A stretch of DNA of 64,000 nt from positions 310,001 through 374,000 of the forward strand of contig MCFH01000055.1 of NCBI GenBank assembly GCA_002104945.1, written 5' to 3'. Of the stretch, positions 30,935 through 43,783 are shown piece after piece. The notes under the pieces were generated by a model that was not told where the DNA came from, made no database searches, and saw only the letters and a program-made list of their open reading frames with translations. A program made the position numbers and the translations under genes. Source of the DNA: Piromyces finnis finn (Eukaryota; Fungi; Neocallimastigomycota). Within the stretch, counting starts at the first letter, position 1; every line of letters begins with the position of its first letter.

Positions 30935-33054
30935 TTATGAATTTCCCATAATTTGTGCTTTCTACAATTGAATATATATGTATAAAGTATATTATTATTT
31001 AATTATTATTAAATTAAAAATAAAAATAGCATTGATAATGCCATTTTAATTGATATAATAAACTTACTAATGCCATGATATTTTCTCGTTGATCTGGTGG
31101 AAGACTACTTAATTGGTCTGGAGTTAAACTCATTACTTGCATTAATAATTGCTGAAAATTTATTAATTAATTAATTAATTATTATTAACTATCAACTGTT
31201 TTATATTATATAGTATTAAAAATATTTAGTACTTACTTTTTGTTGTTCTTGTAACATATCACCACCTAAATTTATAATATTATTTTAATATTAATTTTTA
31301 TATATTAGAAAAATGTAATATATTCTTACTACCATTAAATTGAGACAAAGTCTTGTTAACAGCATTCATATTCATATTTTGATTATTCATTCCTTGATTC
31401 TGTGTCATATTGGACATTTGATTTTGTTGTGACATTTGTTGATTTTGCATTGAAGCATTTGAATCATTCATATGAACTTGTAATATTCTCTTCATTATAT
31501 TATTAATTATTGAATGTTAATTAATGCATTTATTCCATATATTTATAATTTATAAACTTAGTAAAAATATTAACAAACAAACAAAAAAATCTACCTGTAT
31601 TACATTTGGATCGACTATATTTAATGTTAATAGGGCCTTTATTTATATTATTAATTATAATTAAGCTTAAATAAGTATATAAACAAATGAATAAATTAAT
31701 TTATTAATATATTACTTGAAAAACTGCATATGATAATTGTGGATTCATTGTTAATAAGTTTCTTGCTGCAACTGGATTGGTTTCGATAAGTGTCTTGTGG
31801 TAAACATAAATTAAATATTAAATATAAAATTAATATTCATATTATTATTAAATTAGTATATTAACTTTATCTGTCATACTTTTATTTGTGACATTAATTC
31901 AAGTAATTCTCTTTGTGGAAGCATATTAACTGTATTTTGAATATTTTCTACAATAGATTGATTTTGTTGATTTTGATTTTGATTTTGTTGTACATTTTGT
32001 GAAGTATTTTGCATGTTATTTGTTCTATTATTAAAATTCTTTCTATTCTGATTATTAATAGTAAAAAATAATATTAGAATGAGAAAATAATAAAAAAAAG
32101 AAAATAATTGTTACAATTTCTGATTTTTTTAAAGGGTATGCTAATATGCTTAATAATTAAAAAAAATATAAAAAAATATTATTTTATATATTACGTCATC
32201 ATGTTGGAAATTATTATTTCCTGAATTGTTATTTACTCTATTACTATTATTATTAATACTATTATTGTTATTGTTATTATTATTATCATGATTATCTTCC
32301 TTGTCATTATCAGCATAATCAACTCTTAATTCTCTTCCCCCAACTTCATAGGAATTCAGTATTTATTTAAAATTATTTATATATAAATTTATAAATATAT
32401 CACAAAAAATAATATAGGGTAGGAAACAACTTAATTTTAAATGGTATTAAGCTTTCCTCCAGTTATCTAAATTATTATTATTAATAATGATAATTTATCT
32501 TATCATTATTAAGAATTTTAAATCTTTAATAAATTACATTATTAATAATAAGTTATTTCATTCTTGCCAAGAGAAATACTGATATTCTCAACATTTTAGG
32601 GAAACATTAATGATTAAATATAATTTTATAAAATATTCCCTTTATTATGTTTATAGTTTCTAACAGCACTTGCTGCAGTTTCAGCATCTTGATATTCACA
32701 AAAACCTATTTTTTATTGATGTATGATATTACTGAAATGAATTTTTATTGCTTTTAAAAAGTTTATATCATTTAATTTATATTTTAAAATACCATAACCA
32801 CGAGGTTTTCCTGATTCTCTATCAAACACTAATCTTTTTATTATTGTTACAATTGTTACAATATAATTGAATTAAATGAAAACGTTTTTTTTTTAAAAAA
32901 ATTATTAAATTTTTGAAGTTTGAAATTTATATTGACATTTTTGTCCTTTGTTTTAATTTTTAATAAGTACCTAAATGAAACTACAGGACCAACTTCCTTA
33001 AAAATTTCAGTAAGTTGCTCTTCAGTGTAATCATCTTGAAACAACAATAATAGC

Positions 33055-33087
<33 letters not shown>

Positions 33088-33310
33088 TTAATAAAAATAA
33101 TTTAATTTAAAAAATCGTGATAAATTGCTTAATTTTTATTCTTACATGGTATATTTCCAACTTTATTATATAATTATTATATAATTTGTATGGTAAAGAA
33201 AAAATTTGATATCATGAAAAGAGTGTTAAATATTATTTATAAAAACATTTATAAATATAGTATAGTATAATTATACCAAAAACCACTCTAGTTGAACGTT
33301 GATGACTCAT
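30935..33310 (-). CDS. CSTF2: Cleavage stimulation factor 64 kDa subunit (CstF-64/Rna15), multi-exon
   Basis: RRM: RVVFVGNIPYD...[26 protein letters not shown]...SAVRNLNSYEVGGRELRVD. Hinge: LPQRELLELMSQIK...NPQLSYAVFQALL. C-terminal LLMQVMSLTPDQLSSLPPDQRENI. Confidence 0.95.
32359..32654 (-). other. AT-AC intron in CSTF2
   Basis: AGA AAC T|ATAAACAT...AAATAAATAC|TG AAT TCC TAT. This is the only junction I found that restores the conserved RNLN in RRM helix 2. Confidence 0.85.
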
Positions 33311-33502
33311 TTTTATCTTTAGTAATTAAAATTTTATTTAGAGTGAATTTGAAATAAAAAAAAAATAAATACTTATAATTTATGTATTTAAAATATTAAT
33401 ATGAATAAATATGTAAAATATTAAAATTCATTTAATCTAACCTAACCCTAATGAAATTGTATTTTATATTAAAAATCTTTCTTTATTATACAATCATTTT
33501 AG

Positions 33503-33509
33503 CCAATCA
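33503..33509 (+). promoter_or_regulatory. CCAAT box in the divergent CSTF2/ArgRS promoter
   Basis: AGCCAATCA near the middle of the ~390-bp head-to-head interval. Confidence 0.5.
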
Positions 33510-33702
33510 TATATAAAATACAAAAATTTTTTTATGTATTAATTATTCTTTTTTTAAATATTTTTTTTTCTTTGCACAAATAAATAATAAAAAATATATA
33601 TATAATAAAAGTATTATAATATTTTTTTTATTTATAATTTACAATTATTGTTTTTATATATATATTTAAAATATATTCATAAAAGTGATAATTTAATACA
33701 AA

Positions 33703-36143
33703 ATGTTTTTAGTATTTGAACAATCTATTTTACCATACGCTGAAGTATTAACTTATCTTTTAGCTAATGTTGAAAAGAAATTAAAGGTTGGTTTAGCTGC
33801 TTATGATGCTGACAATTCAGTTGTTCTTCATATTTTACCAACCGAAGAAGATGCCAATAAAAAGATGTTAATTGGCAAATGCAGTGTTTCTAGATATTTC
33901 GCTAGAATTGCTTCAAAGCCATTATATTCTTCATTAACTTTACAAAATCAAATTATTGTTGATGATGTTTTAGATAATATTAGAAATGGTCGTGTTTCTG
34001 AAGTTTTAAAGGTTATTAATGCTGCAAATGGTAATTTCATTCTTGGTAATGATATTTCATTAGCTGATATTGTTTCCTATGATTTCTTTAAGGTTAAACC
34101 ACAAAAGAAATCCTCTGAAGCTTTCAACAATTGGTTTAATAAGATTGACTCCTTACCAGAAGCTGTTGAAACTGAAAAGATTATTAAAGATGCCCTCAGT
34201 ACTGCTGATGTTAATGATATTTTCAAGTTAAAGATTGCTGAACAACTTTCAGAATTATCTGGTGCTGAAAAGAAAGTTATTTTCAATTTATTAACACCAC
34301 CAGCTAAGCCAGAATATGGAGATTACTCAATCCCAGTTGCTAGATTACGTCTTCAAGGTAATCCAGTTGCCTTAGCTAAAGAATTCAGTGAAAAAGTAAA
34401 TATTATTTTTATTATATAATTTTTAAATAGTAATTAAATTTAAATCGAGTGATTATAGTAATGAAAAATATTTATATATGTTTACGTATACCTTTTTTAA
34501 TATAATATTAATATTAATTATTTTTCTTCGAATTTTTAATAATTTTACTTATAAATCAATATATAATATCAATATAAAAAAAATTAAACAATATCTCGTT
34601 ATTAAAATCCTAATAATCATAGTTCCAAACCAATGAATTCATTACTGCTACTAATTCAATTGGTATGTTCTTAAACTTCTCTATTTCTAGAGACACTCTT
34701 CGTGATGTTTTAATTCCAAGAGTTTTATCTTTAAAGGATAACTATGGTACTAACGCTACTGGTGCTGGTAAGGTTTCAGTTGTTGAATTCAGTAGTCCAA
34801 ACATTGCTAAACCATTCCATGCTGGTCATTTAAGAAGTACTATTATTGGTAACTTTGTACAAAATGTCTTAAAGGCCAACGGTCATAAAACTATTGGAAT
34901 TAACTACTTAGGTGATTGGGGTAAACAATATGGTTTATTAGCTGTTGGTTACAAGAAATATGGTAATGATGAAGAATTAGAAAAGGATCCAATTAAGCAT
35001 TTATTCCATGTATATGTTAATGTTAACAGAGATGCTTCTGAAAACCCAGCTGTTCATGATGAAGCTAGAGCTTACTTCAAAAAGATGGAAGATGGTGATG
35101 AAGAAGCTCTTGCTTTATGGTCTAAATTTAGAAGCTTATCTATTGTTAAGTACAAGGAAATTTACGCTCGTTTAAATGTCAATTTCGATGTTTACTCTGG
35201 TGAATCTATGTATTCTGAAGGTATGGTTGAAGTATTAAATCAATTAAAGGAATTAAATTTATTAGAATTATCCGAAGGTGCTCAAATTGTTAACTTAAAG
35301 CCATACAAACTTGGCGGTGCTATCATTGCTAAGACTGATGGTACTACTTTATACATTACTCGTGATATTGCTGCTGCTATTGAACGTTATCGTACTTACA
35401 AGTTCGATTCTATGTACTATATTGTTGGTGCTCAACAAGATCACCACTTCCGTCAATTATTCAAGATTCTTGAATTAATGGGTATGCCATGGGCTAGCCA
35501 ATGTCACCACATCAATTTCGGTTTAGTTAAGAGTAAGGATGGTCAAATGAGTACTCGTAAGGGTACTGTTGTCTTCTTAGAAGAAATTCTTGATGCCACT
35601 AAGAATGAAATGCATGATGTAATGAAGAAGAATGAAAACAAGTACAAGCAAATTGAAGATCCAGAATATGTTTCTGATGTTGTTGGTATGTCTGCTGTTA
35701 TGACTCAAGATATGATGGCTCGTCGTGTTAAGGATTACGAACTTGACTGGAACAGAATGTTATCTTTCGAAGGTGATACTGGACCATACTTACAATATGC
35801 TCACGCTCGTCTTTGTTCTATTGCTCGTAACCAAAGTCAATATGTTATTGACGAAAACACTGATATCTCTTGCTTAACTGAAAAGGAAGCTAAGGATCTT
35901 ATCAACATCATTTCTCAATACCCAGAATTAGTTAAGTCTATTCCAGCTCAATTAGAACCATGTATGGTTGTTTCATACTGTATGAAATTAGCTCATGCCG
36001 TTTCTCAAGCCTTAGAAGCCTTATGGGTCCAAGGTCAAGAAGAAAATGTTGCTAAGGCTAGATTAGCTTTATACGCCTGTGCAAGAATTACCTTACACAA
36101 TGCTTTAAGTATTTTAGGTATTCGTCCATTAGAAAAGATGTAA
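33703..36143 (+). CDS. RARS: Arginyl-tRNA synthetase with N-terminal GST-like domain, 2 exons
   Basis: Exons ~33703-34395 and 34624-36143. YGDYSIP; SSPNIAKPFHAGHLRSTIIGN; NYLGDWGKQ; KTDGTTLYITRD; MSTRKG; GDTGPYLQYAHARL. Confidence 0.96.
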
Positions 36144-39100
36144 GAAGGGTTTTAATTTATATCTAGTGTGTATTTTATTATTAAGATAATGATCATATCA
36201 CCATTATCACAGTAAGAAATAAAATAAAATATAAAAAAAAACACCCTTTTCCATAAAGATATATTTATATATATATATATTTAGAAAACAATACCACTAT
36301 AATTTTTTCTTACAACATTGAATCCTATTTATATTTCACTAGGATCATTTGTATTAAGAAGTATTAATTAATGTATCAAATCATTTTTTTAAAGAAAAAA
36401 AAAATAAATAAATCGAATAATATTAATAAAAATTAAAAATAAACTAAAATCCTCTTCTTTATTTAATGTATTTATAATATATTATAAAATTTAAATGTTT
36501 CAATTTTCCAATTTTTCATTTATCAAGTATTTTTGAAATATTTTTTTATATAAAACTGTTGAAAAGTTCTTTTCTAATTATTTGTTTAAAAGATAAAAAT
36601 TTATTATTTTTATAGGAAAATATATGCATATATATAAATTAAAAAATAAAAGTGGAGCGTATTAATAAATATAAAAAAGAGATCATTATAAATTCTATTT
36701 TTGGTCAATTTTTTAATTTTTTAATTTTTTTTTTTTTTTACCAAATTTAATATATTTAGTATACATTTAATTTTAATTAAAAAAATTTTTTTTTAAAGTG
36801 TTATTTATTCACCTTTATTATAGTTATTTATTTATTTATTTAATCCTTAATATTTATCTACTTTTAGGTTATTGTATAATGTTTTATAATATTTCTTTAA
36901 TATATAAATATTTCATTTTTTTACTACATAGTTCATTATTTAACTTATTTATTTATATTCTAATTATTATTATTATTATTTACTTAAATATTAATTATAT
37001 ATTCATTTACTTTTTAATGAAAATTGATTTTCATAATAATTAAGGTTATTGTAGTGATTAATTAATATCATTTAAAGTTTATGATTTAATAAAAATATAT
37101 TTGAAAGATTTGATGAATTACCTCTTTCTTTTGCTATTTTTTATTTAAAAAAAATCTTTAAATTTTATTTATTATAAATTATGAAAAAATATTAATTAAA
37201 AATATATATATATATATAAAATTTTTATAAAATTTTTGGGTAGTTAGTATTTTTTTATTGCTATTTTTCCATATTTTTTTCCATATTTAATAAATAAGAA
37301 TTAATAATAAAGATGATAAACGAATAATTTTTCTTCATTATGTTATAATATCTTTTTTATATAAAAGGAAATTTAGTCATATTTTCCATTTACACAATAT
37401 TTCTCCTGTATAAAAATGAGTATAAACAAGTTTTTGAACAATTTAATTATATTTAAATTACCATATATATTATGAATATATCAACATAATAAAAAATATT
37501 TAATAATTATTTTAGGATTTATTAACTATATGCATTTAATAGTATTATTTTACATATATTTTCATTTTCATTATTCCTGATTATTGTTTTTATCTTTATA
37601 AGATATAAATAATATCAATAATGCAATGTTAAACATTTTTATTCTTTTAAATATTCATAAAATATTTGTTAATAATTTTTATTTAAAGAATATCGGGGGG
37701 GTTTATGTTATATAATAATGCAAAGGGAAAATTTTTTAGATAAAATAATTCGAAAAAAAAAGCTAGATGATTATGAAATATCCAATCGTTTGATAATGAA
37801 GTAATAACATTTTATATATTTATTTATTATTAAATTTTCCAAATAATAATAAATTTTTTAACATAAAACAATCATAAAAAATATTAAATATATTAATAGT
37901 GTATAAGATTATTAATATATTTCGTATATAAGATTTGTACCATTACCACATTTTTTTTAAGTATTGTGATAATAAATTTAAAAAAAAAATTAATGGTTAA
38001 AATTTATTAATACAAAACAAATAATTATTCCTATTTGATGTTTCAAATATTGTTATATAATCATATATTATATAAACTTTATATAACATGATGATAAGAT
38101 ATACCAGAGCGGAATCAATAGAAACTTTATTGTAGAAACAATATTATTAATTGAATGGAATATAAGGTATTAAATAAAATTAATAATGGGATAATAATAT
38201 TAAAGGATTACAATAGAATTGAAAAAAATTATTGTGTATGTCTCATCATGATGTAAAATAGATTAATATAAGAATTTTTTTTCATTTTTTATAAAAGCCT
38301 GTTCAATTATATTTGATATATATAGTTAAAATTATATTTACTTTTCTATAATAATTGTAAAAATTAAAAATGTATATATATAATAGAAATAGATATTAAC
38401 AAAAAATGAGTTTTACTAAAACTATTAAATATTTAGTTATTAATATTTTATGATAATAGCTAAATATTATTGCTTTTTTTTTTTTTAAATTAATAATAGC
38501 AATAGTTTAATATTATTATTTAGAATGATATAATATTACTATTACTTTTCTTTTATTTATAATTAATAAAATTATAAATAATAATAGTGTTGTTCAAAAA
38601 TTAATTTAAAAAAGGGAGATGTCACATAAAATTTCCAAACTATTGATTAAAAAAAAAAAAAGAAAGCATTTTGAAGTGTATAAATTAATAGGATTAATTA
38701 AATAAACATTATATATAGAAAGTAAATGATGAATGAAGTAATGACAACATTATGGAATATTAAAATTTTAATAAACAATATTATATATATTTAAAAACTT
38801 TTAATTAATTAGGATAAGATGTAGGTTAATGATATTATTACAAAATTATTCTATTATGTTATTACAATCCTTAAATACTTTTTCGGTGTACGTGTTGTTC
38901 CAATTTGGAATGGATGTGATGAAAATAGAGAAATATATTATTTATAATTTATATTAATAATAACTATTAATATTTAGTATCTAGTATAATATGTATATAA
39001 TAAAAATATAATATTAAATATATATTTATTATAAATACTAATTATAATTGGTAAAATAAATATTTTATTATTATTATTATTGTTTTATTTTATTTTTATT

Positions 39101-39887
39101 TTTATTTTTTTTTAATAATCATATAGTTTTTTACACTTTTTTATTATAATTTTTATGTTAATTTTTTGTCAATTACTATTATTCATTATAATATTCCTGA
39201 AAATATTTTCATTATATTAATTTTTATATTTGTGTTATTGCATTATATTTTTTGTTCAATAATATATGATTAAAATGTATTAATAATATATGTTGTATAT
39301 ACTATTCAAAAAAAGATCAAATTTAATATTTATTTTGTATATATCATTTCTTTTAATTATTAAACTTTAAATTTCGGTGTTACATTATTCTGAAATTTTT
39401 TTGATTGGCGTAAATAAATTAAATGATTTTTATATATGTAATATTTTAATTAATATATTAATAAATAAACTTTTATGGAAAATAGATGTAATAATATTAA
39501 CACATTAAAATATATTAAATAAACTATGGTATAGTATAAATGATTTCAAACTTTATTTAAAAAAAAATACAATGTTAATTAATATTATTTTATTAATTTA
39601 ATATTTTTATATAGGCTAAAATTCTTATATATTATTTTTATTGCATTGAATTAATTTATTAATACAAATAAACGTTAATAAATAAGAAAGATTAATATTA
39701 TTAATTTTGAGGTGATAATAAAATAAAAAATAATTTAAATTAAATTCCATAATAGTATTTTAAACATCAATAATATTAAAAAGTTAATAATATTTAACTT
39801 GGAAATAATAAAGATTAAAAATTAATAAACGTGCTGTATCATAAAATATCTTAATATTATCATAAATAAAAATTTATTTAAGGGTTG

Positions 39888-39928
<41 letters not shown>

Positions 39929-40266
39929 TTTAAAGTTTATAAAAAAGCAGGAAAATAAAGAGAATAAATATTAAAATGTTTTAAGTATTTAAGGTGCTGA
40001 TTATTCAAAAATAAATGATAATGAAATTCAATATTATTTATACAAATAAAAAATAATAAATAAAATTTTTGAAACAAATTAACTATTGTAAAAATCATAA
40101 AGTTGTTTCTTACAATTTTCAATATTTTTTTATCTATAATGCAGTTATAAATAATAATAATAATAATAATAATACTAAATACTAATGTATATTGTATATT
40201 ATATTAAAAAAAAAAAAAGAATTAATCCTATAATTTTACAAGTTAATTAAATTATAAAATTGGAAA

Positions 40267-42724
40267 ATGCCTAAACAGACAGGTTCTAAAAGTTACACAG
40301 ATATTGAATTATGCTTGATATTTAAAGAAATAATATATTTATTACCATATAAAAAGAGTGAATGGGAAAATATATATGAACCATGTAAACGAGCAGTTGA
40401 AATGTATAATAAAACCCATAGGGACCAATTAATAATACGAAAAGCAAAAGCAATAGCAAGAAAGTTTGAAGATATGACATATTCGTCAAAGAAAATTGCT
40501 ACAAATGAAATAGGAAATGATAGTAAGTTTTTTAAAAAAAATTAATTCAAATAATTCAAATATATAAATAGGTTAAATATAAATATAATTATCTCTTTAT
40601 TATGTATTATATAATATATAATATAATTTAAATTAACTTAATTATATTATTCATTATTATCCTTTATTAATTATTTAATTTATTTATGAAAAAAAATAAA
40701 CATTATAATATGCAACTTAATTATTTTATCATAAATATTACCCTTAAAAGATAATTATAATACTTATACTCAGCTTTGCCATATTGCAACTCAAATAAAA
40801 GCATTATGTAAAATTAATTATTTATTTAAAGAAGGTCAGAAAAACTATAACTTAAATAAAATAGTTATAAAACGTAGAAAAAGAATACTACAATCTATAA
40901 ATTCAATTGAAAGGAATTATTATGATAAAAAATATAGTGAAGATATTGAAGACAATTCAAGTGAAAATGAAAACTCACCAATTTTGAAAAATTCAAAGTT
41001 TATTATAAATACTGTTAATAACAATAATTTTAATAATTCAAAGAATTTGAAAGAAAATGAGGTATTGATTATCATATTTATTTAAGAGAAAAAAATCAAT
41101 AAAAGCAAAAAACTAATAATAAAATATATTATTATTTGAAATATTTTAATATTTTTATAGAGCTATAATGTAGGTTGCTTGGATGAAAAACAAAACAGTG
41201 TAAAATGTAATGTTTCTCTACAAAAAATGGAAGATATAAAATATATAAAGTCAGGTAATAATACTTTTATTTCCTTCTACTTTTAAGTATTCTCTTTTCT
41301 TTTATGCTAATTATATATATAAATATGTAAATGTTATTATATATGATTTAGTCATGAATGATATCAAAGAAAATGTTTGTAAGATTAATGAGAAAGATGA
41401 TTATGATAAAATTATTGAACAAAGCTTAACTACTATGAAAACTATAAGTAAAATATTGGATGATGCTATAATATTTTGTAATATGATTGCAAATAGATCA
41501 AAAAAGGATGAAGAAATTATTGAAGATGGTATTCTTATTTTCTTTTTTATTTATTATTTTTTTCCTGTAAATATATTGAAGATTATTAAATAATTTATTT
41601 TATAATATCTTTTTTTTTTATTATTTTTATTTATTATTTCTATTTTTTATTTTTTTTTTTATTTTTTTTTTTTAAAAAAAAAATAAAAATAAAAATAAAA
41701 AGACTTTTCGGATGATGTTTCAGTATTTTCAGATAATGAAGATACTTATACTAATAGTAAAGATACTATCGATAAAGATTTAAATGATGCATTTCGAATT
41801 ATTAATGAAGATGAAAAATCTTGTGAAACTGTTTATGATAAAAGCTTTTCAAGTGATTATATCAATGATGTTGAAAATGAATATTCAGTATCAAGTGTAC
41901 AACAAAATAAGAAGCGTAAATATAAGAATGCTGATTCTGATGAAAAAATATCAAATAATAATAATCATATTGATAATAATATGACAAAGATTAATAATAC
42001 TAATAATATTAGCATTAATAATAATTTCAATAGTAATATAAATATTAACAATGATAACAATAATATCAATAGCAATAATATTAATACCATAAATCATAAT
42101 GCAAATGGAAATCTGAATATTAATGATAATATAAATAATCAAAATCAAAATAGCAATGTTAATGATACTCTTAATTATAATTATAATAATTTTGATATAA
42201 GGAATAACAATATTAATGTTAATACTAATAATAATACATTCTATGAACAAAATTCAGCGAACTTAAATAATTCAAATGCAAGTAAGAATATAATGTATAA
42301 TTCTCCTAATGGCAATAGTAATAACTCAGGCGGATATAATATCCAACAAAAAAACAATTATAATAATAATAACCTTAATAATATAACTAATAGTACTAAT
42401 AATGGAAATAATAATTATAATTATAATAATAATATTATTAGTAATCAGGCAAACATTAATAATAATGTTCATAATTTTTATAATCAAAATTATATTAATA
42501 ATTATAATAACAATGGTAATAATCCTAATATTAACCCCAACTTAAATAATAACAGTATTAATAACTATAACAATAACAATAATTATAATTATAATATTAA
42601 TAATATGAATACTGGTTATATTCAAAACAATAATATTATTTATAATAACATGAACACATATAATAATAACCCTACTAACAATTATGCCAATTCAAATATG
42701 AATAATTCTTATTTTAATAAGTAA
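40267..42724 (+). CDS. Hypothetical protein: Myb/SANT-like (DUF6818-like) N-terminus, KKRK putative NLS, Asn-rich C-terminal domain, 5 exons
   Basis: Exons can be joined in frame by GT-AG introns (~40267-40522, 40751-41061, 41161-41255, 41352-41529, 41703-42724). The domain call is by pattern recall only. Confidence 0.65.
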
Positions 42725-43783
42725 ACCAAACTTTATTGTACATATTAGAAAGATATATTTTTCATATTATAAAATATTATAAATACTTTAATTTTTTTAA
42801 TAACAAAAACTTTAAAAAATAGAAATAGAAATGTAAATAATAATTAATATTAATATGCAACAATTTAAAAAATGTATTAATTATTATATTTAAATAAGTG
42901 AGAATATAATATAAAATAGAATTTACAGTGAATATATAGAACTAGACTTTTTATAGATTTTTAAATATCAATATATTTTGTCCTACAAAGATTTATCTAT
43001 ATTCATTAATAGTATATTTAAGAATAAATTTAATATATAATCTTTATTCACGTTTTTTTTTTTTTTTTTATTTTATTTTATTTTTTATTTTGTTTTAATT
43101 TTATTAGTGTTACAATGTTACACTTATTACTTTTTTAAACACACGTGATTTTAATATTTAATTAAATATTAAAAGAAAATAATAATTATTTAAAAAATAG
43201 ATGTATCATTTAATCCTTAATAATATTATATTGATTATAATATTGTTATAATTATATTAATAATATATATATTAGAATATTTATTAATTTTATATATATA
43301 TATATAAAAATTAAAATGGAATAAAGGAATATTAAAGTTTTTTTTTTAAAATAAAAAAAAAAATATAATATAAATTTCAGAATATTTTTAATTAATTTAT
43401 ATTATAGTGATAATTTACAACATATAATATGTTAGAAATTATATATATTTAAAATTTTTATTTTCATTAAATATTAAATATAATAAATATTAACTATAAT
43501 CTTTATTATTTATTTATTTTTTAAATATTGAAATTATTATTATTAACTTGTAAATTTATGTATTAGGAAATTACAAAATAATTAAAAAAAAAAAAAAAAA
43601 AATAATTAAAGTAGCTAATTTATGTAAATTTAATTAGTATAATTAAAATTGGTTAGAGTATATAACAATAATGAAAAAGAAAAAGGAAAAAATATATATA
43701 TATATATTAATAATAATTATTAAATAATAAAAATAAAAATAAAATGAAAGACAAGAAAATCTAGGTAATCACAATCATTATTT

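Noticed and set aside
33437-33451. Telomere/telo-box-like CTAACCTAACCCTAA in the CSTF2/ArgRS promoter (similar short runs near 53360 and 57181)
   Set aside because: Only 2-3 degenerate units with no consistent position; too weak without enrichment statistics.
36200-40200. 4-kb gene-free AT-rich stretch with a few GC islets (e.g. ~37693, ~38100, ~38880)
   Set aside because: I found no supportable ORF, exon chain, terminal repeats or complete C/D box pair. Decayed elements or small exons cannot be excluded by eye.
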